A DNA stretch of 64,000 nt from an uncultured Gammaproteobacteria bacterium (GTDB lineage: Bacteria; Patescibacteriota; Microgenomatia; 2-02-FULL-39-11). Position 1 is the stretch's first letter; every line of letters begins with the position of its first letter. Below, in pieces: positions 18,123 to 28,986 of this stretch. Location: NCBI GenBank assembly GCA_964520615.1, contig CAZFNL010000137.1:84898-148897 (forward strand), given 5' to 3'. The notes below the pieces were generated by a model, which did no database searches, had not been told where the DNA came from, and was given only the letters and a program-made list of their open reading frames with translations. The position numbers and the translations under genes were made by a program.

Positions 18123-19178
18123 TTAGCGCTCTAAAAGAATCTTTTTTAAGCTATTTCTGATCTGGTTTTTATTTTTGGTGGCAAAATACCATTCTATTGT
18201 CCTATGTAACCCATCCCTAAACTTCACCTGAGGCTCCCAACCTAGAAGATTTTTTGCCAGGCGGCAATCGGCTACCCTATTGTAAGGTCCTGTGGGCATG
18301 GAAGGTAAAATCTTTATTTTGGCATCAGATCTCGCACAACGTAAAATCTCCTGAGCCGCATCAATCACTTTTGTTCTTTCGGTTGTCCCCAGATTTATCG
18401 CTATACCATCATTTATCTTTTCTGCGGCCAAAAGTGTACCTTCCACAATATCGGCTACATAAGTCCAATTCCTTATCTGTTCTCCCGTACCCCAAATTTC
18501 ATAAGGATTTTGCCTTATGAATGCTTTGGCAATCATAGCAATCACCGCATGGCTTTCTACCTCTCTTTCTCCATAGACGGAAAAATACCTGCATGAGACG
18601 GACTTTAACCCGAAATCTCTATAATATGCACTCAAAGTCATCTCACCCATAAGCTTTGCCCATCCGTACATATTATCTGCATCATATGGAGATTTCACCA
18701 TTTCTTCTTTGAGATATATTATTTTATTCGGATCAGTCTGTAAAAAATTCGGATAAACACAACCTGAAGAGGCAAAAACCACTTTTTCCACTTTTTCATT
18801 TAGTGAAGCCAAAAATACAGATCCATCTAGAAGCAAATTAGATGAGGTAGAACCCTGATGAAAATCTATGTATCCTCTTCCTCCGTAATTACAGGCAAGG
18901 TGAAAAACGATATCAACTCCTCTTACACTTTTTCGTGCATTATCTAAATTACGAAGATCTCTAACAAGAAATTCCACATTTTTGTTTTTGACATGTTTCG
19001 AAAAATAGGGTAAATGAGTTCTGCTTATGTTTACCACTCTAACCTTAGTCCCCATTTCCACTATCCTATCTATAAGATGTGACCCTATAAATGAAGCACC
19101 CGTTACAAGTACTTTTTTCTTTCTCCAAAACATTTCGCTAACCATAAACACGAAGATATATTCATAAACTAATTTCAA
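18123..19178 (-). CDS. NAD-dependent NDP-sugar epimerase/dehydratase family protein. The real start is probably at the internal Met, near 19133.
   Basis: VLVTGASFIGSHL Rossmann motif, ASSGCVYP, and YGWAK (YxxxK). The first 15 codons are hydrophobic and lie before the Rossmann fold, so they are probably not coding. Confidence 0.7.
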   Translation of the reverse strand: MKLVYEYIFVFMVSEMFWRKKKVLVTGASFIGSHLIDRIVEMGTKVRVVNISRTHLPYFSKHVKNKNVEFLVRDLRNLDNARKSVRGVDIVFHLACNYGGRGYIDFHQGSTSSNLLLDGSVFLASLNEKVEKVVFASSGCVYPNFLQTDPNKIIYLKEEMVKSPYDADNMYGWAKLMGEMTLSAYYRDFGLKSVSCRYFSVYGEREVESHAVIAMIAKAFIRQNPYEIWGTGEQIRNWTYVADIVEGTLLAAEKINDGIAINLGTTERTKVIDAAQEILRCARSDAKIKILPSMPTGPYNRVADCRLAKNLLGWEPQVKFRDGLHRTIEWYFATKNKNQIRNSLKKILLER

Positions 19179-19242
19179 TAAGTAAAGAGTGAGCTCTCCA
19201 GGTTAAAGCCCGGAGATTTCTGCGAAGGATTAAAACAAAGGT

Positions 19243-20190
<948 letters not shown>

Positions 20191-20976
20191 TTATTTAATA
20201 ACAGTGTAAGCGGTTAGAGTGAAAATATCATGTAACCTGTGTATTATAGGTAACACTCCCTTGTCGTGTTCTTTGACCACTTCATAACCTTCATCAAACA
20301 ATTTCTTAACATTTTTTGAGCTTTTGGATTCATCATGAAGTCTGAATGACGCTAAATAATCATCGATAAAACCCAATTTATATATTCTACTCATTCTTAA
20401 CCAATAATCATAGTCCATAGTATAATAAAGACTGGTATCAAATAACCCTACTGATTTTACCGTCTCACGTCTCCAAAAAGTCGCTGGTTGTGAAATAAAG
20501 TTCACTACAGAAAGGCTGACTGAATTTCTAAAATACTTCAACCAGAAGTTCTTGTATAATGTAATTAGCTTCCTAATTTCTTTGCCTTTTTCATTTATTA
20601 TCTTACACATCCCAGTAGTCCAAAATATATCTGGATTTGTCGAAAAAAAGTCAGCAATTTTTTCTATACTTCCCGGTAATAAAATATCATCTGAGTTAAG
20701 ATAAGTGACTATATCCCCAGTCACTTTTTCCATCCCTTTATTTATCGCGTCTGTTTGACCATTATCTTTTTTGGACATCCATTGAATTTTTTTACCGTAT
20801 CTTTTTAATACCGGAATCGTATCATCTTTTGAACCTCCATCAATTATCCAATATTCCAAATTCTTATATCCCTGGGAAAGAACCGAGTCTATAGTTTCTG
20901 CAATAAAGTTACCCTGATTGAAGGAAGGGGTAATTACACTAATTTTGGGAAGAGGATTTTTTTTCATTTTTTCCAT
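20191..20976 (-). CDS. Glycosyltransferase family 2.
   Basis: 261 aa. ISVITPSFNQGNFIAETIDSVLSQGYKNLEYWIIDGGSKDDT and NSDD. Confidence 0.8.
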   Translation of the reverse strand: MEKMKKNPLPKISVITPSFNQGNFIAETIDSVLSQGYKNLEYWIIDGGSKDDTIPVLKRYGKKIQWMSKKDNGQTDAINKGMEKVTGDIVTYLNSDDILLPGSIEKIADFFSTNPDIFWTTGMCKIINEKGKEIRKLITLYKNFWLKYFRNSVSLSVVNFISQPATFWRRETVKSVGLFDTSLYYTMDYDYWLRMSRIYKLGFIDDYLASFRLHDESKSSKNVKKLFDEGYEVVKEHDKGVLPIIHRLHDIFTLTAYTVIK

Positions 20977-21304
20977 TCAACTCCTTCATAGCCAGCTTTT
21001 GTACTAACTTTGTCAGTTCATGACGTAAATCCTGAAGATAAACATAAAGCCTGAAAACAAGATAAAAAAGAAGTACAATTGAAGCGTAAATAACAAGATC
21101 TACTCCACGGCCTATACCCAAAATCCTTGCGATATCCCCAGAAATGGATGGATAAATGATGATTGCCAAAGCAGACCCGAAAAGCAAAACCCAAAATATA
21201 AACCCAAAAAATGTTACTTCTCCACTTCTGAAGCGTAAGAAAACACGCGACAAGGCAAATAGAACAAAAATACTTAAGATCGCTTGTGTAAATACTAAAT
21301 GCAT
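20939..21304 (-). CDS. Small 3-4 TM membrane protein, DUF2304-like GT2 partner.
   Basis: 121 aa and hydrophobic. It sits directly between two GT2 genes, an arrangement typical of DUF2304 proteins. The family call is from memory. Confidence 0.4.
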   Translation of the reverse strand: MHLVFTQAILSIFVLFALSRVFLRFRSGEVTFFGFIFWVLLFGSALAIIIYPSISGDIARILGIGRGVDLVIYASIVLLFYLVFRLYVYLQDLRHELTKLVQKLAMKELNGKNEKKSSSQN

Positions 21305-21308
21305 AAAT

Positions 21309-21989
21309 CTATCTTACCAACCTCAAAAGCAAATTTATTAAGACTGTCGGAGCATTACTCAATTTCTGTCCTTTATTCAGTGAATAGTCAGAATAAACGG
21401 GATTTATAGATATCTCTGAAAATCTCAATTTGTTACTTTTTATTTCCTTAAAAAATTCGCTTGAGACTTCCATTCCGTCTGTCTGCAATTTAATTTTGTT
21501 TATTGCCTTATTATTAAATGCCCTCAGTCCAGATTGTGAATCAGAAGTCCAAATGTGGTAAAGAATAAAAGTTAATATGTTTGCCAATTGGTTTATCAAT
21601 CTTCGGGAAAAAGGTACATGTGTCTTACTTTTCCATCTGGTACCTATAACCACATCTGATTTTTGAGAAAGAATAGGTTTAATAACATCAGATATATACT
21701 TTGACTCATGTTGTCCATCAGCATCAAAAGTCACCAAAATATCATAATTTCTCGGCAAAGCAAATGCAAATATAGTCTTAAGCGCTCCCCCTAATCCTCT
21801 ATTTATTATATGATGCAAAACTATAACCTTTTTAGACTCTGCGACTTCCCTTGTCCTATCAATCGATCCGTCATCAACAACAACTACATCTATTCTATCA
21901 ACTCCTAATAATCTTTTAGGTAGGGATGAAATTACTTTTCCAATCATTTTTTCCTCATTGTAAGCCGGTATTCCTATCAATAGTCTCAT
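21309..21989 (-). CDS. Glycosyltransferase family 2 (DPM1-like).
   Basis: 226 aa. LLIGIPAYNEEKMIGKVISSL..VVVVDDGSIDRTREVA and FDADGQ. Confidence 0.8.
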   Translation of the reverse strand: MRLLIGIPAYNEEKMIGKVISSLPKRLLGVDRIDVVVVDDGSIDRTREVAESKKVIVLHHIINRGLGGALKTIFAFALPRNYDILVTFDADGQHESKYISDVIKPILSQKSDVVIGTRWKSKTHVPFSRRLINQLANILTFILYHIWTSDSQSGLRAFNNKAINKIKLQTDGMEVSSEFFKEIKSNKLRFSEISINPVYSDYSLNKGQKLSNAPTVLINLLLRLVR

Positions 21990-22024
21990 TGCTTAATTTT
22001 ATAGGAGAATTAAGATGTATTCAA

Positions 22025-23221
22025 TCAGCTTACCCAATGACCTCTTGTAAAGAGTACCGTGTAAAAAGAAAGAAGTACAATAAAAATTATCAATAACGCT
22101 ATCTTCACCCATTTATTTTTAATAAGCCCAAGAACGATAAAAAGGGGAAACGCTACCAATATATATCGAGGCATACTGGAAAAGGTTCCGGTGAGCGTTG
22201 GTACCAATATCGTCAACAAAGAAAAAATGAGGTATGACAGCCGGATCTTCTTCAAATAAGAAGTAACTAAAAGTATTATTGATAATATCGTTGCTACAAA
22301 TTCAGTAAACGCAATAACAAAAGGTTCTGTCAGAGGATTTAGATTTGAAAAAATCTTAAAATATCTCCAGATTACCTGCGGCAGCAGTATTATTCCTGCT
22401 CCGCTTCTCTGGGCACCAAAAACCGGCTGGGCATGCCAGAAATAGAGAAAATCTCCATATTTCCACTGTAGAAAAATCATATAGGCAAGAAGTCCTATGG
22501 GAAGAATATATGTTATTGGAGAGTGAACTATATAATTCAAATAACTAATTACATCATTAAAATATCGCGTGTACTTTGTCTCTAACTTGTTTGTTTTTGA
22601 ACCTTTTCTGCCGATCTTTCCCCTCTTTGCAATAATTTCCTCCCACCATAAGGCAGGAATGAGAAATATACCAACAAGCCTAGTCGCTGAAGCAAGAGCA
22701 CCCAAAACTGCCGCCAGCCTGAAATGTTTTTTTCTGGCCGTATAAAACGCACTGAATATAAATAAAAGAAAAATACCTTCGGTATAAAGGCTGCCTAAAA
22801 AAAATGATGTCGGGAAGAAAACAAAAAAAAGAATCATCCACTTTATTTCATCCTTTTTATAATCAAGCAACAATAACCTTTGAAAAATAAAAAGAACCGC
22901 CAAAAACAAAAGACTTGAAAAAATAATGCCCGTAAAAACCGGGTTTACAAAAAAGATTAAACTATGGATAAACCTAAGAACAAGAGGATAAAGAGGGAAG
23001 AAAACCTGAGTGTATTGGGCGCTATAACCCCCTTTTGCAATTGTCAGATAGTGTACTCCGTCAAAATTGGCAAAGGACCAAAACCATGCTGGCAAACCCG
23101 AAGGTATAAGAAGCATGTCAGCATAGGGAAAACGGGGGGAAAATGGTAATAGTCCAACACCCAATTGTGCAACAGCAAACAAACCGATTCTCCAAATTAA
23201 AAATAAAGCAAAAATAAACAT
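22025..23221 (-). CDS. PIG-V/Gpi18-like (GT76, Mannosyl_trans2) polytopic membrane glycosyltransferase.
   Basis: 398 aa. ANFDGVHYLTIAKGGYSAQYTQVFFPLYP matches the WDGxHYLxIAxxGY..E..AFFPL signature of GPI-mannosyltransferase-II-like proteins. There are at least 9 TM segments. Confidence 0.55.
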   Translation of the reverse strand: MFIFALFLIWRIGLFAVAQLGVGLLPFSPRFPYADMLLIPSGLPAWFWSFANFDGVHYLTIAKGGYSAQYTQVFFPLYPLVLRFIHSLIFFVNPVFTGIIFSSLLFLAVLFIFQRLLLLDYKKDEIKWMILFFVFFPTSFFLGSLYTEGIFLLFIFSAFYTARKKHFRLAAVLGALASATRLVGIFLIPALWWEEIIAKRGKIGRKGSKTNKLETKYTRYFNDVISYLNYIVHSPITYILPIGLLAYMIFLQWKYGDFLYFWHAQPVFGAQRSGAGIILLPQVIWRYFKIFSNLNPLTEPFVIAFTEFVATILSIILLVTSYLKKIRLSYLIFSLLTILVPTLTGTFSSMPRYILVAFPLFIVLGLIKNKWVKIALLIIFIVLLSFYTVLFTRGHWVS

Positions 23222-23227
23222 TATGGA

Positions 23228-24292
23228 TTATTTCTTATATGCTACTTCTTTGTATACTTTAACTGTTTCCGAAGCACATTTTTCCCATGTAAAAAATTCT
23301 GCTCTTTTCTTTCCTTTTTGGATTAAATCATATACCAATTCCTTGTTTCCCAATAAATTTAATACTTTTTTTACTACTAAATCGGTATTCTGCGGATCAA
23401 ACATGACCGCTGCATCTCCTGCCACCTCCGGCAAACTGGCAGACTTTGCTGCTACAACAGGACATCCCGCCGCAAAAGCTTCAAGAAGAGGCAATCCGAA
23501 CCCCTCGGCAAATGATGGTTGCACATATACTTGTGCCAATTGATATACAACCGCCAATTCGGATACGGCCAATGAACTAACTCTCAATACTTTATCTTCT
23601 ATTTCCATCTCTTTCATCAATTCGATCGTTTGAACCAATTCTGTCGATGGTCGCGTAAATCCTTCTCCTACTAAGACTAATTTCAAACCAGAGTTCCTGG
23701 CAACTAAAACTGAAAAAGCCTTCAGAAAACCTGGAATGTTTTTGTTAAAATTGATATCCCCCACATTTAGTATGAACTTTTTGGGAAGCGACAACCTTTT
23801 TATAACTTTTTCTTTATAATCTTTGGAATATGCTTTGCCAAATTCCGGTGTTACACCCAGATAGACCACATGTATTTTCTCCTTTTTTATACCGGCAAAT
23901 CCTTCAATATCAGTCTGTGATGAAATGGAGTCGGTAATTATTGCACCGGCACTCCAAAGAGAAATTTTCTGCAAATTCCATTTTAGAAAACCCTTCAAAC
24001 CGGGTGGAAAATGATTCGGGTAACGAAGAGGGATAAGATCATGGACAGTGACTACGGTAGGCTTTGTCTTTATGAAGGGAAGAGTCAAAAAAAAAGGGTC
24101 AAAATAAGGAAAATGGATAACATCGACAGTGCAATATTTAATTTCATCGATCGTCCTTAAATTTACTTCAACATCCAGAAGCTTATTCAAAGCAGTATAT
24201 AGATTTTGAGTGTAATTACCGGTTCCGCGCATCTTATGGCCTGCAATCGGAGGAACAACAATTGCAACTTTGAGCTTTTTTCCCTTTATCAT
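23228..24292 (-). CDS. Glycosyltransferase family 4. The start is reassigned to the internal Met at 24292.
   Basis: EGFGLPLLEAFAAGCPVVAAKSASLPEVAGDAAVMF is a GT4 motif. The ORF-track start at 24382 would overlap the upstream gene by 89 nt, whereas the Met at 24292 abuts its stop. Confidence 0.8.
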   Translation of the reverse strand: MIKGKKLKVAIVVPPIAGHKMRGTGNYTQNLYTALNKLLDVEVNLRTIDEIKYCTVDVIHFPYFDPFFLTLPFIKTKPTVVTVHDLIPLRYPNHFPPGLKGFLKWNLQKISLWSAGAIITDSISSQTDIEGFAGIKKEKIHVVYLGVTPEFGKAYSKDYKEKVIKRLSLPKKFILNVGDINFNKNIPGFLKAFSVLVARNSGLKLVLVGEGFTRPSTELVQTIELMKEMEIEDKVLRVSSLAVSELAVVYQLAQVYVQPSFAEGFGLPLLEAFAAGCPVVAAKSASLPEVAGDAAVMFDPQNTDLVVKKVLNLLGNKELVYDLIQKGKKRAEFFTWEKCASETVKVYKEVAYKK

Positions 24293-24293
24293 T

Positions 24294-25094
24294 TTACTTG
24301 GAAATATTTCTAGCTTTCTTCTTCTCCCAATACTTAATATAGGAAACGGGATATCGCAAAGCGGAAAAGAAAGAAAAAACAAATCCGGGGAAACCGTCTA
24401 AGAAGCCTTTATGTCTTACAAAAGTCAAAAGAAACCATAAAGATGGTTTTATAAACATAAAAAAAACTATTGAAGAAAAAGAAATTGAAGTTTTCTTGTC
24501 CATCAACTCATCGGCAAATATATCGGTATATTTATTGAAATGCTCTAAATAATGCGCGAAATTTGGATACGGGTAATGTAAAAGTGGGTTTTGAAGATAT
24601 GCAGTCTCTCCTTCTACAACCGCCTGTTCATGGACGCTTTTACAGGGTAATCTGCCCTTTCCCTTACGGTAAAACCTCAAAGTATAGTCAGGATACTGTC
24701 CTCCTTTTTCAAGAAATCTTCCCAGGAAAAAATTCTTGCGGGGAAGCCAGAAACCGTTTAACGTTCGCTTGTTACTGATAGATTGTTGCTGATCAATAGT
24801 AGAAAGGATTTCTTTTTTAAGTTCCTGAGAAACTACCTCATCGGCATCCAACTGTAGCACCCAGTTCCCTCCTTTGCATGCATCTATCGCTTTTTGTTTG
24901 TTAATATGGAACATATCCGGATTGTCAGCTGATATAACTTTTGCTTCTAAACCATGGGCAATTTTGACAGTATCATCGGTTGATGAACCGTCTACAACCA
25001 CAATTTCCTCTACCCAATCCTTCACGCTTGTTAGACACTTGGCAATATTTTCTTCTTCGTTATATGCAGCTATGGCAACAGATATTTTGTTCAT
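24294..25094 (-). CDS. Glycosyltransferase family 2.
   Basis: 266 aa. ISVAIAAYNEEENIAKCLTSVKDWVEEIVVVDGSSTDDTVKIA and LDADE. Confidence 0.8.
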   Translation of the reverse strand: MNKISVAIAAYNEEENIAKCLTSVKDWVEEIVVVDGSSTDDTVKIAHGLEAKVISADNPDMFHINKQKAIDACKGGNWVLQLDADEVVSQELKKEILSTIDQQQSISNKRTLNGFWLPRKNFFLGRFLEKGGQYPDYTLRFYRKGKGRLPCKSVHEQAVVEGETAYLQNPLLHYPYPNFAHYLEHFNKYTDIFADELMDKKTSISFSSIVFFMFIKPSLWFLLTFVRHKGFLDGFPGFVFSFFSALRYPVSYIKYWEKKKARNISK

Positions 25095-26743
25095 GTTTTC
25101 CTAAATTTTATTATGAGATATGACACACACAAAAGTGAGACAAGAGATAAAATATCGCTTGTCTTGCGAAGCGGAGTTTCTATAAATTTTACTTCAACAA
25201 GATTTTTTCCTGCATCTATTGGTATCTTCATAAAGCCATTATCCATATAATTTACGCTTGTCTGACGGTTGTTTACATAAACATTCCATCCAGGATAATA
25301 AATCCTGTTTATCTGCAAAACCCCTGACTGGGATGCGGTGACAGAAAGGCTCATATAATTTGATTTTGCCGTATTTATTTCTATTTTCGTGTTATTATCG
25401 GAAAATTCAGCTTTTGGCATGCCGGGTTTAAGAAGCTCTGTTCTTACCCAAATAGGAGTATATTCATCATTCTGATTAGTGGTTGATTCAAGACTAAGAT
25501 AAAAGGGCATTGTCCAATTTTGCACTTGATTTATCCTAGTATCGTTTCTCACTGCATATAAAGTAATAAGAACTAAAAAGAAAGCAAAAAGTCCTTTCCA
25601 ACGGACAATAGAAGTGGTAAATCCTGCTAGGTAGGAAGCGGCAAAAACAGTCACAGGAAGAACTCTCCATGTAAAATCCACAACCGCTACCTTGCTTATG
25701 AGCCTCCAAAAAAATAATGACGGCTGCAACATAAGAAAGATAGTGAAAAGAAAAATTAAAAAGAAAATCAGCGCTTCTTCTCCTTTGAGTTTTTCCTCTT
25801 TACCCAATTTGTTCCGAAAAAAAAGCCAAACTATTCCCACAAGACCCGCAACCACCGAAAGCCACTGCCCTATACCCAACTGAAGCGACATGGCTCCTTC
25901 CTGAGCTCTCATCATTCCGTATCCCCAGGGAGAATAAATCAGCTCTTTTATTGTCAAAAAGGTATTTCCGACAAATTCCGGACCCATAATATTGGCAAAC
26001 ACTGTAAAGTTTCTCTCGATAAGTGACGGGAAAAAGTAATATGCTGACAACCCTATCGAAAGAAACCCTATTGCTGCAAATGACGTAAATATAATCTTCC
26101 TGTTTTTGCTCATGAAAAATGAAATGATAAAATACAAACCTAAAGCCAATATAAAAAGAAAAAACACCATTGCGTGAGAAAAAAGGAGACCAGCTACAGA
26201 TAATGCTCCCACAGCAATCCATCTTAGATTCAATTTTTTATCTTTTTTAATCTCATAAATGGCAAAAAAAAGAAGAGGGGGAAAAATAAAAGCGGTGGCA
26301 TCTCCAATTGCCGCCCTAACAAAAATATTGGAAAACCTATAAGGAGCATATTGGTATATAATTGTTCCTACAATAGCCGGAAATGCCCCAAATACTTTTT
26401 TTTGGAAAAAGTACATAGCAATCCCTGAGAGAATATAAGTGACAAGAAAAGTCATCTTTACGCTATCAACCACTGAAAGTCCACCAAGATGAAGCGGTTC
26501 CCCAAAGAACCATGGCATCTGATAGGAAAAGCTGAAGAGCGGATAACCAAAACCGTGCAAAAGGTTTCCGACATAACGCGGCGGAAACTGTCCATCATGC
26601 AGAAGCTTATCAAAATAATACAGTCTGACAATCTGGTGAATACCGTCATGACTTGTATAAAATCCCGGAATAAAAAGATCCTTCAGAGTAAATACAGAAA
26701 AAAGGACAATTAAGGCAATAATTATAAAGTCAGTTTTTTTCAC
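25091..26743 (-). CDS. YfhO-like polytopic membrane protein (GT-C candidate), family B copy 1.
   Basis: 550 aa. The N-terminal loop reads HDGIHQIVRLYYFDKLLHDGQFPPRYVGNLLHGFGYPLFSFSY. The C-terminal extracytoplasmic domain has YYPGWNVYVNNRQ..KNLVEVKF plus a final TM. It is paralogous to 58521-60254 and 60262-61899. Confidence 0.5.
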   Translation of the reverse strand: MKKTDFIIIALIVLFSVFTLKDLFIPGFYTSHDGIHQIVRLYYFDKLLHDGQFPPRYVGNLLHGFGYPLFSFSYQMPWFFGEPLHLGGLSVVDSVKMTFLVTYILSGIAMYFFQKKVFGAFPAIVGTIIYQYAPYRFSNIFVRAAIGDATAFIFPPLLFFAIYEIKKDKKLNLRWIAVGALSVAGLLFSHAMVFFLFILALGLYFIISFFMSKNRKIIFTSFAAIGFLSIGLSAYYFFPSLIERNFTVFANIMGPEFVGNTFLTIKELIYSPWGYGMMRAQEGAMSLQLGIGQWLSVVAGLVGIVWLFFRNKLGKEEKLKGEEALIFFLIFLFTIFLMLQPSLFFWRLISKVAVVDFTWRVLPVTVFAASYLAGFTTSIVRWKGLFAFFLVLITLYAVRNDTRINQVQNWTMPFYLSLESTTNQNDEYTPIWVRTELLKPGMPKAEFSDNNTKIEINTAKSNYMSLSVTASQSGVLQINRIYYPGWNVYVNNRQTSVNYMDNGFMKIPIDAGKNLVEVKFIETPLRKTSDILSLVSLLCVSYLIIKFRKT

Positions 26744-27536
26744 TTTTTCCCTTAAAATGGAATATTGGAAAATCTATGCCGTAATTTTTGAGTAAATACT
26801 TCACCAGCGTATACAATATCATTATTCCATATCTAGTAGAACGGATAAAATTTATTGAAGATGCTTCAGGAAAATAGCGCACGGGTACTGCAATTTCTCC
26901 AATGGTAAAACCGGCAGCATGGGCACTAACTAAAATTTCCTGGTCAAAAACAAAGTCATCTGAAAATTTATCTAAAGGCAACCTCTTTAGAACATTACTG
27001 CTAAAAGCACGAAAACCTGTATGGTATTCGGAAAGATTCAGATCAAGAATGATATTCTCAAAAAGTGTAAGAACTCTGTTGCTTATATACTTATATAAAG
27101 GCATCCCTCCTAAAAGAGCCTCTTTTCTGCTTCTTATCCTGCTCCCTAGCATGATATCAAACTTTCCGTCAATGATTGGTTGTACCAGATATTTAGTCAA
27201 AGTGGCATCATACTGATAATCAGGATGAATCATCACTATTATATCGGCATTTTTCCCCAACGCCTCCCTATAACAAGTCTTCTGATTACCTCCGTATCCC
27301 AAATTTTTATCATGAACAAATACGGTAAGTTTCAGCTTTTTGGCAATTTCCACAGTACTGTCGGCGCTATCATCATCTACAACTATCACTTCATCTACTG
27401 CGTCTTTGGGAATATCATTGTAGGTTTTTTTTATGGTCTTTTCGGCATTGTATGCCGGCATAACAACTACAACTTTCTTCCCTTTAGTATTTTTTGTCAT
27501 ATTTTGTTTCCTCATCTTCCGTCTCAACTGTCTCAT
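26730..27536 (-). CDS. Glycosyltransferase family 2 (DPM1/GtrB-like).
   Basis: 268 aa. VVVVMPAYNAEKTIKKTYNDIP..VIVVDDDSADSTVEIAKKL. Confidence 0.8.
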   Translation of the reverse strand: MRQLRRKMRKQNMTKNTKGKKVVVVMPAYNAEKTIKKTYNDIPKDAVDEVIVVDDDSADSTVEIAKKLKLTVFVHDKNLGYGGNQKTCYREALGKNADIIVMIHPDYQYDATLTKYLVQPIIDGKFDIMLGSRIRSRKEALLGGMPLYKYISNRVLTLFENIILDLNLSEYHTGFRAFSSNVLKRLPLDKFSDDFVFDQEILVSAHAAGFTIGEIAVPVRYFPEASSINFIRSTRYGIMILYTLVKYLLKNYGIDFPIFHFKGKSEKN

Positions 27537-28974
27537 CCTCTAAATTCTCAATTTTTTTCTCCTCTAGATATTCTCTTTCAATATTTACCGACTCTATGTC
27601 ATATTTTTTCCGACCAGCAATAATATTCCAAGCTGCATACAATCCCATCTCAATCGAATGATCCATATTGTTATAGCGGAAAGTACCATTCCTGCCGACA
27701 ATCTGGATATTAGAAAATTGTTTCAAGAAATCCTTAATCTTGAAGACATCGTCATTATAATTAACATGGTATACAGGATATTCTTTGGGTACCCGGTGGA
27801 CATATCCGCCTAATATATCGCTTTTTTTAATAAGATTAAACTCCTTTATGTAAGAATTTGATACCATATCAATGACATTTTTATCATTTTTACGCCACAC
27901 GACATCTCCCATCGTGCAGGCCACCTCAAAGACTAAAGTAGTTGTCCCTTTAGGAGACAACTCATCGCTCCAATTATCCATCTCCATCACCCTCATAAAT
28001 GGAATCTCCTTTGGATGGACATAAATCCATGTGTCTGGAGTAATATGTGTTTTCTTTACAAATAACGCAACCTGTAATTCATCTCTGTAAGTGAGCTTTG
28101 AAGCTAAATTCAGATTTTTAATGTCTACACGGGGGGTCATCCGGTTGACCAATTCATTTAGGGGAATGCTTGAAATAAAATAATCAGCCGAAAGTCTGGT
28201 TTTCCTTTTATTCTTAAAGGATACTTCAACAGATTTAATGATGTTTTTTTCACTGGAAATACAGGTTACTTCAGCATTCAAGTATATTTTTCCTCCCTTT
28301 TTCTTTATTTCTTCAGCCATCTTCTGGGCTAACCTACCTACTCCCTTTTTGGGATAAGAGAATTCATCCACAAGAGATACTACACTTTTACTCTTAAACA
28401 ACGTTTCTCTAATAAGGGTAAAAATGTTTAGCCCGCGGGTCCGCTGTCCCACCCAATCAATTGAAATAGTTCGACAGTCTGCTCCCCACAATTTTTCACT
28501 ATAGCGCTTGAAAAAAAGCTCGTATAGAGTTTTACCGAATTGGTTTATATAGCCATCCTCCATGGTTAATAGTTTCGGGCGAAAAATCCTTGCGCGAATT
28601 CTGGCGTAAATATAATCAATTACGGCTCTTAAGGCTTTCCATATACCAATCCCTGAAAGAGCATTCATAAGTTTTATGGGATAATAGAAAAATTTCCCGT
28701 CAAAATATATCCTTGTCAGCCTTGGTACTTTTATTACCTCATTACCAAGAAGCTCCAGCATCCATCGGTTAACCATATTGCTTTTGGTATACCAGCGATG
28801 CGGACCCGTATCAAAACGGAAGCCATTTACATTTATGGTACGAGCCAAACCACCCACATCATCCCATTTTTCCACAATCTCCACGTTTATCCCTTTTTGA
28901 GACAATTCATATCCGGCGGCCAAACCAGCCAATCCTGCTCCTAGAACTACAACTTTTTTTGAATTTTTTATCAT
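27484..28974 (-). CDS. FAD/NAD(P)-binding oxidoreductase (amine-oxidase fold, possibly UDP-galactopyranose-mutase-like).
   Basis: 496 aa. VVVLGAGLAGLAAGYELSQKGINVEIVEKWDDVGGLART is a GxGxxG dinucleotide-binding motif with a conserved Glu. The C-terminal tail is acidic: EDETVETEDEETKYDKKY. Confidence 0.55.
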   Translation of the reverse strand: MIKNSKKVVVLGAGLAGLAAGYELSQKGINVEIVEKWDDVGGLARTINVNGFRFDTGPHRWYTKSNMVNRWMLELLGNEVIKVPRLTRIYFDGKFFYYPIKLMNALSGIGIWKALRAVIDYIYARIRARIFRPKLLTMEDGYINQFGKTLYELFFKRYSEKLWGADCRTISIDWVGQRTRGLNIFTLIRETLFKSKSVVSLVDEFSYPKKGVGRLAQKMAEEIKKKGGKIYLNAEVTCISSEKNIIKSVEVSFKNKRKTRLSADYFISSIPLNELVNRMTPRVDIKNLNLASKLTYRDELQVALFVKKTHITPDTWIYVHPKEIPFMRVMEMDNWSDELSPKGTTTLVFEVACTMGDVVWRKNDKNVIDMVSNSYIKEFNLIKKSDILGGYVHRVPKEYPVYHVNYNDDVFKIKDFLKQFSNIQIVGRNGTFRYNNMDHSIEMGLYAAWNIIAGRKKYDIESVNIEREYLEEKKIENLEDETVETEDEETKYDKKY

Positions 28975-28986
28975 TGCAGAATAATT

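Noticed and set aside
19195-19216. Imperfect hairpin TCTCCAGG, then ttaaag, then CCCGGAGA, between the two SDR genes.
   Set aside because: It has one mismatch and a poor U-tract on the transcribed (minus) strand. That is not enough to call a terminator.
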